Shown here in pieces: positions 47,948 through 56,655 of a DNA stretch of 64,000 nucleotides (positions are counted from its first letter, which is position 1; each line of letters starts with the position of its first letter). The notes under the pieces were generated by a model. The model saw nothing but the letters and a program-made list of their open reading frames with translations, searched no databases and had not been told where the DNA came from. The position numbers were made by a program, and so were the translations under genes. The stretch lies in sequence record MT939492.1; one strand, written 5' to 3'.

Positions 47948-47948
47948 C

Positions 47949-47982
47949 GGCATAGAGGGAGAGCCCGCCAGCTCTCCCTCTA
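47949..47982. terminator. Convergent hairpin with GGCATA on the left
   Basis: TAGAGGGAGAGC-CCGCCA-GCTCTCCCTCTA between convergent genes. Confidence 0.7.
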
Positions 47983-47986
47983 ATAG

Positions 47987-48181
47987 TTACGCCACAAGCC
48001 GATCAATCGGCACTTCATTGATGTAGCGGTCCGCTTCTTCCTGGTGGGGGAAGCGAGCCAGCATCGAGCCGGTTTCGGTGTTGATCACATGGAAGGGATA
48101 CTTGTCGCCTTCCACCTCTTTCACGTGGGCCAGTTCAGCGCGAGTCTTCTCCGCCTGCTGGACCTCTTTCTTGCCTTTCAT
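47987..48181 (-). CDS. Small hypothetical protein (only minus-strand gene recognised in the accessory region)
   Basis: 64 aa from ATG 48181 (AAGGT RBS); converges on the hairpin at 47953. Confidence 0.55.
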   Translation of the reverse strand: MKGKKEVQQAEKTRAELAHVKEVEGDKYPFHVINTETGSMLARFPHQEEADRYINEVPIDRLVA

Positions 48182-48225
48182 TACCTTGGCCTGTATGGGT
48201 GGGAGTGGAGGAGCGGAGCACAAAC

Positions 48226-48927
48226 ATGCAAACAACCCTCAATAACTATAGCCGTGAACACGGCGATATCGCCGGCGCCAAGATGATGTTGAAGATCGTC
48301 GAGCTGGTGCTGAACTTCGACATCCCTCTGGAAGCGGAGTTCGCCGTTACCCACGATCACTTCGAGAGCACACCCTTCCACGACGAACTGTTCGGCAAGG
48401 AGCCCGTGCCGCGTGCAGGTCTGCGCGCACGGATCGTGTTGGCCAAGCCGCCGAAGGAAGCGGACAAGGCTGACGTGGACATGTTGATCGTCAACGACAA
48501 CTTCAACGGCGGCAGCTACAAGATCATGAAGGACGGCATCGAGCCCTTCTTCCGCCAGCTGCTGTGGAACGCGGCCTACTTCGATTTCCAGTCGATTGCG
48601 ATGCTGCACCATGATCGCAGTACTGCCGAGCAGCGCGAAATGCTCAGCGATCTTTCCAAGGTGCTGTACGCATGGAACGCCAAGGAAAACTCTGCTGGCG
48701 ATCTGGAACGTGGCGATCTGGTCGTCCTGCCCAAGGGTATCGGTGGCACCAAGATCCAGCATGCCATCCACGCCATCGTCAAGGAAACGCTGGCCACCCC
48801 GATCAGCGCCCCTGGCTCGCCGGAGAAGCACAACCTGGTCCTGCTGACGCTCGATGCGATGGGCCGGCCGTTCGTGTTCTACTCCAACCGCAACCATACT
48901 GAACTGGTGATGAAAGGAAAGCGCTGA
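48226..48927 (+). CDS. Hypothetical protein
   Basis: 233 aa from ATG 48226 with RBS GGAG. Confidence 0.65.
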   Translation: MQTTLNNYSREHGDIAGAKMMLKIVELVLNFDIPLEAEFAVTHDHFESTPFHDELFGKEPVPRAGLRARIVLAKPPKEADKADVDMLIVNDNFNGGSYKIMKDGIEPFFRQLLWNAAYFDFQSIAMLHHDRSTAEQREMLSDLSKVLYAWNAKENSAGDLERGDLVVLPKGIGGTKIQHAIHAIVKETLATPISAPGSPEKHNLVLLTLDAMGRPFVFYSNRNHTELVMKGKR

Positions 48928-49424
48928 TGTACGGCTTTGATCTGAACACAGAACTGGCTGGCATCTCCGACAACTCGATGTGGCAGCTCAAGAGCTGGAA
49001 GGAAGCAGGCATCGCCCTGCCCACCGGCACTGCCATGAAACGAGACCGTGGCGAGGAAGCCCTGCCCATGATCGCCGGTATCCGGGGCTTCGATCTTGTC
49101 CAGCGCAAGGCGCCGGCTGTCAAGGTCACCCTGATGGACGGCACCTCGTTCATCTGCGGCGAGTCGCAGGAGTTCTACGACGGTGATCGCTGGGTGAAGC
49201 CTGGTCCCGGCATTGTCCTGCGTGCTTACAGCAAGCACGGCGGTAGCATCCTGGACAGCTGGAACGTCGAAGTCGACACCGTCATTGACGTACCCGGTAT
49301 CGATCTGTACATGCCCAGCATCTACGGTCGCGACAACGTCGTACTGGCCAATCGGCTGGTTGCGCGTCTGCCCCTCCCTGACAACCTGAAGGGCGTGATT
49401 GCAGACCTCGCAGTAGGTGCCTGA
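48927..49424 (+). CDS. Stand-alone degenerate Hint (intein-like) domain protein
   Basis: Block pattern GFDLNT.L / V.VTL.DG.SF.C...QEFY.G..WV / LY......NVVLAN.LV; catalytic C1, block-B His and terminal Asn absent. Confidence 0.5.
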   Translation: MYGFDLNTELAGISDNSMWQLKSWKEAGIALPTGTAMKRDRGEEALPMIAGIRGFDLVQRKAPAVKVTLMDGTSFICGESQEFYDGDRWVKPGPGIVLRAYSKHGGSILDSWNVEVDTVIDVPGIDLYMPSIYGRDNVVLANRLVARLPLPDNLKGVIADLAVGA

Positions 49425-49489
49425 GTACCAGCTAATATATGACGCCGTACTCTGCTGCGGCGGATTTTAGCCCTCAAGGAATCCCTTTC

Positions 49490-51196
49490 ATGAAGACACT
49501 GCAGCAGCGTGCTGTACGTGACCAGCTGGAGCAGGCAGTTGCCTCCTCCGCGCAGCTGATCCACGTCGACCGCTCCGTCCGTCGTATCCTCCCGGCCATG
49601 GAGTCGGTGGGTGCACAGCTGAAGAAGAACGGCAAGTCCCCGTTCCTGTCCATCGCCCTGCGCGCTGGCGCCCGTGAACTGCTGCCCCTGAACAAGGCCC
49701 CAGCCATGGAGTCCTTCGAGGACACCGAAGGCCTGCAGCAGATCAACGACGACATCGTCGGCCGTCTGAACGAAATGGGCCCGCAGGTCGCCGTCGAGTC
49801 GGCCCGCGCCCAGAACGTGATCGCTGGCCTGAACTACCAGCTCTCCACTGAGTCCTTCGAGGACGAAGTCGCCGAGGGCATCCCGGTCGATGAAGACGGT
49901 GACGAAGACGGCAACGCCTACGACGACGGCGCTACCGAAGCCGATGCCATCGCCGCTTCCGAAGAAGAAGCAGCGCTGGTTGCCGCCGAGGAAGAAACCG
50001 AGGTCTCCACCGAAGACCTGATGGAAGAAGAAGCGGCCATCGTCGAAGCCGGCGAGCGCGACGTGGAAGCCGAAGCTGCGGCCGACACCCTGAACGACTT
50101 CCAGGGCGCGGTGGAAACCGTGAACGAAGAAGGCGGCTTCGCTGACGAAGCTGCGGTGGAAGAAGCCGAAGTGGCGCTGGAAGCGATCGCTGCGGTGTAC
50201 AACACCAAGCCGCTGAAGCTGACCTACGAGAAGGCCGAGAACGGCAAGCTGCTGGTCTCCACCGAAGCCATCGAGCAGATGCGCGGCAACCTGGTGGTCT
50301 CGCAGGAAAACATCGCCAAGCGTGCGGTGGCAGCCATCATCCGTCGTGACATGGCGTTCTACAATGCCATCGAAACCGGCGAGTTCATGCTGAACCAGCT
50401 GATGAAGAAGATCGCCACGACGCCGTCGCAGCGTGCACCGCGCAAGGCCGAAGTCGTCGTCAGCATGGCCTATCTGCACCGCAATGGCGAGCTGCCGACG
50501 GATCTGGCCGGTCACCTGATCGGTTACGCCGCCGTGGCCGAATACGTCAACGGTCGCTTCGTGGACGTGGCCAAGGACGCCTACCAGACCAACATCGGCC
50601 TGGTCAGTGGTCTGAACAAGATCACCGACGTCGAGTTCGCTCGTCGCTGGTCGGCCCTGCCGTCCAAGTGGCGCGATCCGCGCTCGGCCCTGACCGAAGC
50701 TCAGCTGCAGTACCCGATCCCGGGCGGTCGCCGCATGTTCGAAAACATGTCGACCACCTACGACGGCGCTGACCGCACCACGCAGTTCCTGGACAAGTTC
50801 GCCAGCTTCAACGTGCCCACCCGCATGTTCGAAGATTCCGACGGCACCCGCGTGGGTCGCATCCTCGTCCCGGTCCTGCCGGCCGAGAAGATCGGTGCGA
50901 TCACCCGTGCGTTCCTGAAGGTTGCCCAGGGCTTCAGCCGCAAGCGTTCGGCGATGGAATACCTGAAGACCTACGTGCTGGGTCCGGCCGGTGCTGCCAT
51001 CTTCAACGCCGCCGCGCACATGCTGTCCACCCCGGGCTTCCAGGGCGACCGCGACCAGCGCTACTACGTCAAGCGTGCGCTGAAGCTGAGCAGCGAGATG
51101 CGTTACCGTGTCACCACGGACAACACCCGCATCTTCAAGTTCATCCTGTTCGCCTACAACTCGATGGCGCGCAAGATGCTCAAGCAGTACCGCTGA
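49490..51196 (+). CDS. Internal head protein with long acidic propeptide (outlying member of the inner-head family)
   Basis: 568 aa from ATG 49490; AME x2, AVE, STE x3, ALE motifs; D/E-rich linker; strong codon bias. Confidence 0.7.
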   Translation: MKTLQQRAVRDQLEQAVASSAQLIHVDRSVRRILPAMESVGAQLKKNGKSPFLSIALRAGARELLPLNKAPAMESFEDTEGLQQINDDIVGRLNEMGPQVAVESARAQNVIAGLNYQLSTESFEDEVAEGIPVDEDGDEDGNAYDDGATEADAIAASEEEAALVAAEEETEVSTEDLMEEEAAIVEAGERDVEAEAAADTLNDFQGAVETVNEEGGFADEAAVEEAEVALEAIAAVYNTKPLKLTYEKAENGKLLVSTEAIEQMRGNLVVSQENIAKRAVAAIIRRDMAFYNAIETGEFMLNQLMKKIATTPSQRAPRKAEVVVSMAYLHRNGELPTDLAGHLIGYAAVAEYVNGRFVDVAKDAYQTNIGLVSGLNKITDVEFARRWSALPSKWRDPRSALTEAQLQYPIPGGRRMFENMSTTYDGADRTTQFLDKFASFNVPTRMFEDSDGTRVGRILVPVLPAEKIGAITRAFLKVAQGFSRKRSAMEYLKTYVLGPAGAAIFNAAAHMLSTPGFQGDRDQRYYVKRALKLSSEMRYRVTTDNTRIFKFILFAYNSMARKMLKQYR

Positions 51197-51211
51197 TTCG
51201 TCGGCGACATA

Positions 51212-51242
51212 CGGAGGGGACTTCGGTCCCCTCCGCTATGCC
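51212..51242. terminator. CATA-hairpin-TATGCC
   Basis: CGGAGGGGAC-TTCG-GTCCCCTCCG-C-TATGCC. Confidence 0.75.
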
Positions 51243-51311
51243 CTAAACGTCCCCAATCCTATGGTGAGGTAGAACTCGCCATAATCGACAGACCCGATAG
51301 GAACTCTGACA

Positions 51312-51581
51312 ATGGGGATGAACCACAAAGACCCCTTGGGTGATCTCGTGGAACAGCTGCGTAAGTATCAGCAGTCGCCGATCACGGCACTGAAGATGCT
51401 GCAGCCGGAGATCATCTACCTGGCCGAAGAAGTACTTATCGACGGGGAGGGTCAACCCAACCGCGATGCCATCGCAATGCTTCGCAAGCATGGCTTCGAC
51501 GTCGGTCCGCATGCGACCGAAAAAGGTGACTGGCTGCAAGGTGCAATCCAGACTCGTAATGGCTTGATCCTTTTCGGATGA
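51312..51581 (+). CDS. Hypothetical protein
   Basis: 89 aa ORF. Confidence 0.55.
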   Translation: MGMNHKDPLGDLVEQLRKYQQSPITALKMLQPEIIYLAEEVLIDGEGQPNRDAIAMLRKHGFDVGPHATEKGDWLQGAIQTRNGLILFG

Positions 51582-51591
51582 GGCTTGAGTC

Positions 51592-51711
51592 ATGGACGAA
51601 GTAACTGAAGAAAAAGAAGATGTGTCCGAGGCGCTGTTACAGGCGCAGCACGAGGCGAATTGCAGATTCGCTGACATGCTGACACAAGTCCTTACGGGCG
51701 AATGTGGCTGA
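51592..51711 (+). CDS. Possible 39-aa acidic peptide
   Basis: Manual translation MDEVTEEKEDVSEALLQAQHEANCRFADMLTQVLTGECG; fills the gap before a hairpin. Confidence 0.3.
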   Translation: MDEVTEEKEDVSEALLQAQHEANCRFADMLTQVLTGECG

Positions 51712-51717
51712 GCATTG

Positions 51718-51747
51718 GGGGAGGAGCTTCGGCTCTTCCCCTATGCC
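51718..51747 (+). terminator. Hairpin + TATGCC
   Basis: GGGGAGGAGC-TTCG-GCTCTTCCCC-TATGCC. Confidence 0.75.
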
Positions 51748-51760
51748 GTATCCCAGTGTA

Positions 51761-51778
51761 TTTCAAACCTACACTATC
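51761..51778 (+). promoter_or_regulatory. Candidate phage early promoter motif upstream of sspB
   Basis: TTTCAAACCTACACTATC. Confidence 0.55.
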
Positions 51779-51821
51779 GAACTGAGTAATACCTGACGCA
51801 TCAATCCAATCAATTGTAATC

Positions 51822-52343
51822 ATGGAGAAGTACGTGAACAAGCGCATTGAAACTGAAGTCACTCCCCTCATCGGTACTGCCGGGTTCGTCATCGAGGGTC
51901 TGTACAACTGGATCTTCGCCATGGGTGGCACGCCCCACATCTGCATCATGGCAGACTGGCCCGGTAACCAGCTCCCCAGTACCCTGCCGAAACAGCCGCA
52001 ACGGGTGGATCTCGGTGAGGATGGTGAAACGATCGATCTGCCGGTCATCGTCCTCAACATCGGTCAGCTCGCCACTCGCGGTCTGACGTTCTTCCGTGGC
52101 GAGGATTCGGACAACCCCGCCGATCCGGTAACCCATCTGCTGTTCTCCGGCCGTAGCAAAGGAGATCATTTCGATGGTACGGTCGATGTCAACTCGATCA
52201 TGGCTGTCTTCATGATCGAAGAAGCCGGTCGCGGCATGTCCCTCGGAAACAATCCCGAGCTGAATGACTTCATCAACAGCAAAGGCAAACCCACCCCGCC
52301 GGCCAAGCCATCGGGTAAGCCGACCTTGATGGTCGTCAAATAA
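51822..52343 (+). CDS. sspB: Stringent starvation protein B homologue (ClpXP adaptor)
   Basis: LYNWI..MGGTPHI, IVLNIG..A..GL, FSGR..G....V....I.AVF..E.GRG, and C-terminal KPTLMVVK align with SspB. Confidence 0.85.
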   Translation: MEKYVNKRIETEVTPLIGTAGFVIEGLYNWIFAMGGTPHICIMADWPGNQLPSTLPKQPQRVDLGEDGETIDLPVIVLNIGQLATRGLTFFRGEDSDNPADPVTHLLFSGRSKGDHFDGTVDVNSIMAVFMIEEAGRGMSLGNNPELNDFINSKGKPTPPAKPSGKPTLMVVK

Positions 52344-52352
52344 GGATCGAAC

Positions 52353-52784
52353 ATGGAAAGTCTGTACGACTTCCGCACGGTTGGGGACGTGGAGTTCCTC
52401 AACCTGATGGCAGAACGCGGCATCAACTCCAACCACCACGATGAACGTGGCATGCTCACTTACCTGCGTGAGTGCGAGGAGGGGGATCGTTACAACCTGA
52501 TCGAGCTTCGTTCTATCGTCCATGTTCCCACGGAGCAGGTCGTCGGACTGATCATGATCGTGTTGGAGGTTGACTGGGGCATCTACATCGCAGACTTTGC
52601 GACACGTGATGGCCACAGCTCTCCCGAACTCCTGCATGGCGTGGGCGATTACATTCGCCTCATGACCCCTTCGCATCGGCGTGTCTATGCCGACTACGAG
52701 CCGCACGAGCGACCCACGTGGGACGTTATCCAGATTCCCAGTCTGGAAGACTTCCGCCTTGGCGTTCAGCGAACCCAGTGGTGA
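52353..52784 (+). CDS. Hypothetical protein, possible GNAT-like fold
   Basis: QVVGLIMIV...IYIADFATRDGHSS..LL weakly resembles GNAT motifs. Confidence 0.4.
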   Translation: MESLYDFRTVGDVEFLNLMAERGINSNHHDERGMLTYLRECEEGDRYNLIELRSIVHVPTEQVVGLIMIVLEVDWGIYIADFATRDGHSSPELLHGVGDYIRLMTPSHRRVYADYEPHERPTWDVIQIPSLEDFRLGVQRTQW

Positions 52785-52787
52785 TTT

Positions 52788-53342
52788 ATGTTCAACCGTA
52801 GGAAAGACAACCGTTACACCCCCGATCCCAACGGGGAGAAGTACAGTTACCAAGAGAGCGTGTACGAGCAGTTCATCCACAATCACGAAGTGGAGTTGAA
52901 CAAGACCAAGCTGCTCCAGTCGATGGTCGAGGCTATGTACGAGAAGTTCAACCAGCGCCTTGGGGAAGACAACATCAATCCCAGGCACAACTCGTACAAG
53001 GCGGAAATGCTGTTGGCTGTTTGTAGTGCGCTCACGAGACAGTTCGGGCATCTCTTCGATCGGTCCAAGCCGCTCCACACGACCCATCCGTCCATCGTGC
53101 GGCTACCGGAAGCTCTCATGTGTAACGAGAGCGATGCAGCGCCGGTAGCTCGTCTGCTCTCTCAGCTGACCGGGTTCTTCGTTGAACACGGTCTGCCGCA
53201 TGGACATGGTTCCTCGCGTATGTTCTACATCCGCACGGACCTGCCCCGGTTGTTCAACGGTTACCACGGCCGCAACATGGCAAACCCCTTCGCACCACTT
53301 CGACCCCATGGCTGGGTCACCAGAGGAACTCCGCGTCAATGA
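52788..53342 (+). CDS. Hypothetical protein
   Basis: 184 aa ORF. Confidence 0.6.
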   Translation: MFNRRKDNRYTPDPNGEKYSYQESVYEQFIHNHEVELNKTKLLQSMVEAMYEKFNQRLGEDNINPRHNSYKAEMLLAVCSALTRQFGHLFDRSKPLHTTHPSIVRLPEALMCNESDAAPVARLLSQLTGFFVEHGLPHGHGSSRMFYIRTDLPRLFNGYHGRNMANPFAPLRPHGWVTRGTPRQ

Positions 53343-54160
53343 ACCAACCGCCCGCCATCGCCTGCAAGAACGGTATCCTGAACGATGTGGCCATTAAGGC
53401 CCTGTGCACGGAGCCGACCTTCGATCAGTTCTACCTCAAGGTCAAGACCGCGTACCTTGCCTCGTACGGCGTCTACGATGTCAGCAATACGGCGCTCTCG
53501 GAGAGCTCGGAGAATATCGTCCTCGACGAAGTGAGGCGGCTCAATGAAAGCTGGAAGCCGATGATCGCACCGTTCGAACCTAAGCAGGTTCGTTACGTCG
53601 ATGCCCGCGCCTTCGAGCAGAGCAAGATCCGCGATCATCTGGCCGTCGTGCAAGAAGCTCAGCATCGCGTCATCTCCTACGGAACCACCAGCTACGGCTA
53701 CGACGTGACGCTTGCCGAAGAAGGCTTCAAGATCTTCTCCGGTCTGAACGTCACCGAGATCGATCCGATGGACTTTGACGACAAGTGTCTCATTGATGCC
53801 CAGGTGAAGATCAACCCGAAGAACGGCCTGCGCTACATCCTCCTGCCGCCGCACAGCTACGGCCTGGGCGTGACGCGTGAGTACTTCCACATGCCGCGTG
53901 ACGTGGTGGCACTGTGCATCGGTAAGAGCACCTACGCTCGCGCGGGCGTTCTGATCAATGCCACTCCGATCGAACCTGGCTTCGTGGGAAATGTAGTGAT
54001 CGAAGTGGGTAACCTGACCCCGATCCCGGCGCGCGTTTATCTCAACACCGGTATCGCGCAGTTCCTGTTCTTCCGTGGCGAGGAAGAGTGCGAAATCAGC
54101 TACGCCGATCGTGATGGCAAGTACATGCGCCAGACCGGCGTGCAGCTGCCGCTGATCTAA
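53339..54160 (+). CDS. dcd: dCTP deaminase
   Basis: MIAPFEP.QVR, ISYGTTSYGYDV, GKSTYARAG, TPIEPGF.G...IE, GIAQ.LF, YADR.GKY..Q. Confidence 0.93.
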   Translation: MNQPPAIACKNGILNDVAIKALCTEPTFDQFYLKVKTAYLASYGVYDVSNTALSESSENIVLDEVRRLNESWKPMIAPFEPKQVRYVDARAFEQSKIRDHLAVVQEAQHRVISYGTTSYGYDVTLAEEGFKIFSGLNVTEIDPMDFDDKCLIDAQVKINPKNGLRYILLPPHSYGLGVTREYFHMPRDVVALCIGKSTYARAGVLINATPIEPGFVGNVVIEVGNLTPIPARVYLNTGIAQFLFFRGEEECEISYADRDGKYMRQTGVQLPLI

Positions 54161-54166
54161 TCAGTA

Positions 54167-54197
54167 GTCGGAGGGGGGTAACCTCTCCGACTATGCC
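54167..54197 (+). terminator. Hairpin + TATGCC
   Basis: GTCGGAGGGG-GGTAA-CCTCTCCGAC-TATGCC. Confidence 0.7.
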
Positions 54198-54211
54198 TTC
54201 TGGAGAACTAG

Positions 54212-54487
54212 ATGGATAAGGAAGACGTTAAGAAGTGGCTGATCTTGGGTTGCGTAGGCCTGATCATTCTCGCAGTGTCCTACGTGGTAAACAAAACACC
54301 TGATACAAGGAGCGAAGCTACTCTGCTGGAAAACATGGGATGCAAACCCACTGGTCCATGGACTACCAAGTACATTCAGGACAAAGCAGCGCCGGATGAT
54401 AAGTACTCCGTCGCCCCCAAACAAATCACCTTCATCGAGTACACCTGCCCCAGTGGCAATGGTGTCAGGATAAGTCATGACCGATAA
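54212..54487 (+). CDS. Small membrane-anchored protein with two Cys (family member 3)
   Basis: N-terminal TM; GCKPT ... EYTCPSG. Confidence 0.65.
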   Translation: MDKEDVKKWLILGCVGLIILAVSYVVNKTPDTRSEATLLENMGCKPTGPWTTKYIQDKAAPDDKYSVAPKQITFIEYTCPSGNGVRISHDR

Positions 54488-54872
54488 CAACCCGAAGTCA
54501 CCCAACCTCACGGCTGAAGAAAAGGAGCGTGTCCTCCAGCGAGCCAGAAACGATCCGAAGTTCTTCATCGAGAACATCCTGAAGGACGATCCGGACAAGG
54601 CCAACTTGCTGATGAACTCGGCCAGGGTCTTGGGTATCGCTGACAAGATCGAAGACCTGCCCATCGGTCCTGTCATCTTCATGCCGAGGATGACGATTCC
54701 TCGTCACACGCATCGCGGGGTTCTTCTCCAAGCTATTCAGCGAAACCTCGCCATGCGTGAGGTTGTGACCGAACACCTCCGCACGTTCATGGCACCTGCC
54801 CTGAAAGCCTACAAGGCTCGCGACAAGATCCGTGCCCGTCGTCGTATCAAGCGTCGCGGTCGGAAGTACTAA
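54477..54872 (+). CDS. Hypothetical protein with Arg-rich C-terminus
   Basis: 131 aa ORF. Confidence 0.6.
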   Translation: MTDNNPKSPNLTAEEKERVLQRARNDPKFFIENILKDDPDKANLLMNSARVLGIADKIEDLPIGPVIFMPRMTIPRHTHRGVLLQAIQRNLAMREVVTEHLRTFMAPALKAYKARDKIRARRRIKRRGRKY

Positions 54873-54940
54873 CCCGTAACAAGTTAATCGTCGCCGTACT
54901 CACGTACCATCACGACTAATCACAAGAGAACCGAAACACC

Positions 54941-55474
54941 ATGGCAAGTATCAATGTTGAGAAGTATGCCCCCGAAGACGATTGCTTCGAGCTGTTCGAT
55001 GCTGGCGAGGATATCTCCCTGCCGGTTATCTACGACATGCTGCGCAACCGTTTTCCAGCGCTTCGCTTCTACGCAGAAGACCGTGACATCGCTTCGCTGA
55101 TCGACGGAAGCATCACGGTGGAGCTGTTCCCCAATTCCGACCGCAAGACGATCAGGCTCAAGCTCAACACCCAGAAGCAGTACACCCTTAACAACGAGAT
55201 CTGTTTCGATGTGTTGCCGCAGGCTGGCCGTCTTGTCATCGACATGATGCTGGCGATCATCAAGCGCGCAGGTCGCCCCGCAGAAACCCTGGACACCGAA
55301 CTGGACACCTTCAAGCGCCATATCGGCCGAGTGTTTGGTGGTATGCAGGTGAACGTGCACTACATCAAGCTGAAAGAGAACCCGCTGCTCAACAGCTGGG
55401 TCATGCTGCTTAGCTTTGAAGGCCAGTACGCTCAGATCGTGCTGCCGACCAACTATTACGAAAAGAACGCCTAA
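54941..55474 (+). CDS. Hypothetical protein
   Basis: 177 aa ORF. Confidence 0.65.
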   Translation: MASINVEKYAPEDDCFELFDAGEDISLPVIYDMLRNRFPALRFYAEDRDIASLIDGSITVELFPNSDRKTIRLKLNTQKQYTLNNEICFDVLPQAGRLVIDMMLAIIKRAGRPAETLDTELDTFKRHIGRVFGGMQVNVHYIKLKENPLLNSWVMLLSFEGQYAQIVLPTNYYEKNA

Positions 55475-55486
55475 GGGAGAAGTACC

Positions 55487-55942
55487 GTGGAAGTTAAGCA
55501 GTACAAAGCACGTTTGCTGAAGTTCGATGAAAACCGCGTCAGTAAGGAAGTCTTCAAAGATTTCTTTGAGGACGAGATCGGCCGTTCTTTCCGTGAACGA
55601 CTGGAGAACTCACTGATTCGTGGTGAGTTTGGCTCGCCGGTGATCTTGCCGGCCATGTCCATGTCCGAGCGCATCAACCGCGTGTCCCACCTCAACGAAC
55701 TGTCCATCTGTCTTGCGGTGGTCAGCCACGAGGTTCGCGACGACGGCCTCTACGGTATCATCCAGCCGGTGGGTCCGATGGGTCGCGCAATGATGGAGCA
55801 CCTGGACAGCCGCCCTGAAGATACGGCGGTATTGTCCATGCGGCATCTGGGCCGGACGGAGTTTGTCGAAGGCGCCGAACAGCCAAGGGTCACCAAGCTT
55901 CAACGCATCATTGCGTTCGATCTTACCAACGAGTTCGTCTAA
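55487..55942 (+). CDS. Probable inactive paralogue of prohead core protease (T4 gp21/phiKZ gp175 fold)
   Basis: RGEFGSP, I.PVGPMG, LSMRHLG, IIAFDL.NE follow the protease motif order with catalytic His/Ser substituted. Confidence 0.55.
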   Translation: MEVKQYKARLLKFDENRVSKEVFKDFFEDEIGRSFRERLENSLIRGEFGSPVILPAMSMSERINRVSHLNELSICLAVVSHEVRDDGLYGIIQPVGPMGRAMMEHLDSRPEDTAVLSMRHLGRTEFVEGAEQPRVTKLQRIIAFDLTNEFV

Positions 55943-55962
55943 GTTTAACGAGAGCAGCCGAG

Positions 55963-56574
55963 ATGGCATCCAAGAAGAAGAACAAAGTTCAGCGTCACGT
56001 CGTTGTTAACTCCGCAAGTTGGATGGCGGATCTGCCGATGGATATCCTCTGGCAGCAGGAGCAGTTCATCAAGACTTTGATGTCTGAGAAACTGCCGATG
56101 TGGTTTGCGCCGTTGTTCATGCGCTTTGCCGAACACCTGTATCAGCCGACCCGTTATGCGACTCATGTCTACCATGGGGTGCGTACGCCGGGTCACCGGC
56201 GGTGGTTCCTGAGTCTGCACGCTTTGGGTTCTGTAGACGTGCTGAAGGTGCTCGATGTCGCTGTCATCAACACGATGGGGGAAATGCCACCCAAGCATGA
56301 GCGGGCGATTGTATATAAGCCCGATGGTCCGTACGAGCCTTTCGCGGAAGAGTTCCGCCTTTGGTCGCGTACTGCCGGACCCGCTCGTACTGGGTGGTAC
56401 AGCTTTGATGCTAGCGTAAGGCGTTTGCTGTGCGCACTGTACCGCAGTGGAGTTGAGATGTGGCATGAGCCGAGCGAGGCAGAGGGTTCGTTCACTGTGT
56501 GGATGTACCACGATCGCTCATTGGTGCGTTTGGACTTCCGTTCCCAGACTTGGCAGGTTTGGGGAAGTCATTGA
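55963..56574 (+). CDS. Hypothetical protein (Trp-rich)
   Basis: 203 aa ORF. Confidence 0.6.
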   Translation: MASKKKNKVQRHVVVNSASWMADLPMDILWQQEQFIKTLMSEKLPMWFAPLFMRFAEHLYQPTRYATHVYHGVRTPGHRRWFLSLHALGSVDVLKVLDVAVINTMGEMPPKHERAIVYKPDGPYEPFAEEFRLWSRTAGPARTGWYSFDASVRRLLCALYRSGVEMWHEPSEAEGSFTVWMYHDRSLVRLDFRSQTWQVWGSH

Positions 56575-56575
56575 C

Positions 56576-56604
56576 GGCATAGGCGGGAGGGTTTTCCTCC
56601 CGCC
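56576..56604. terminator. GGCATA-hairpin
   Basis: GGCATA-GGCGGGAGG-GTTTT-CCTCCCGCC. Confidence 0.7.
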
Positions 56605-56655
56605 GTATTTAATAACAAGATTCCCTTTTCCTATAGTCACCAGGGGAGAAACACC

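Noticed and set aside
48927-49424. Active intein
   Set aside because: It is a free-standing ORF lacking Cys/Ser1, the block-B His and the terminal Asn
49322-51019. 565-aa minus-strand ORF and similar long antisense ORFs (26157, 35426, 39305, 45793)
   Set aside because: Each lies fully opposite a well-supported plus-strand gene
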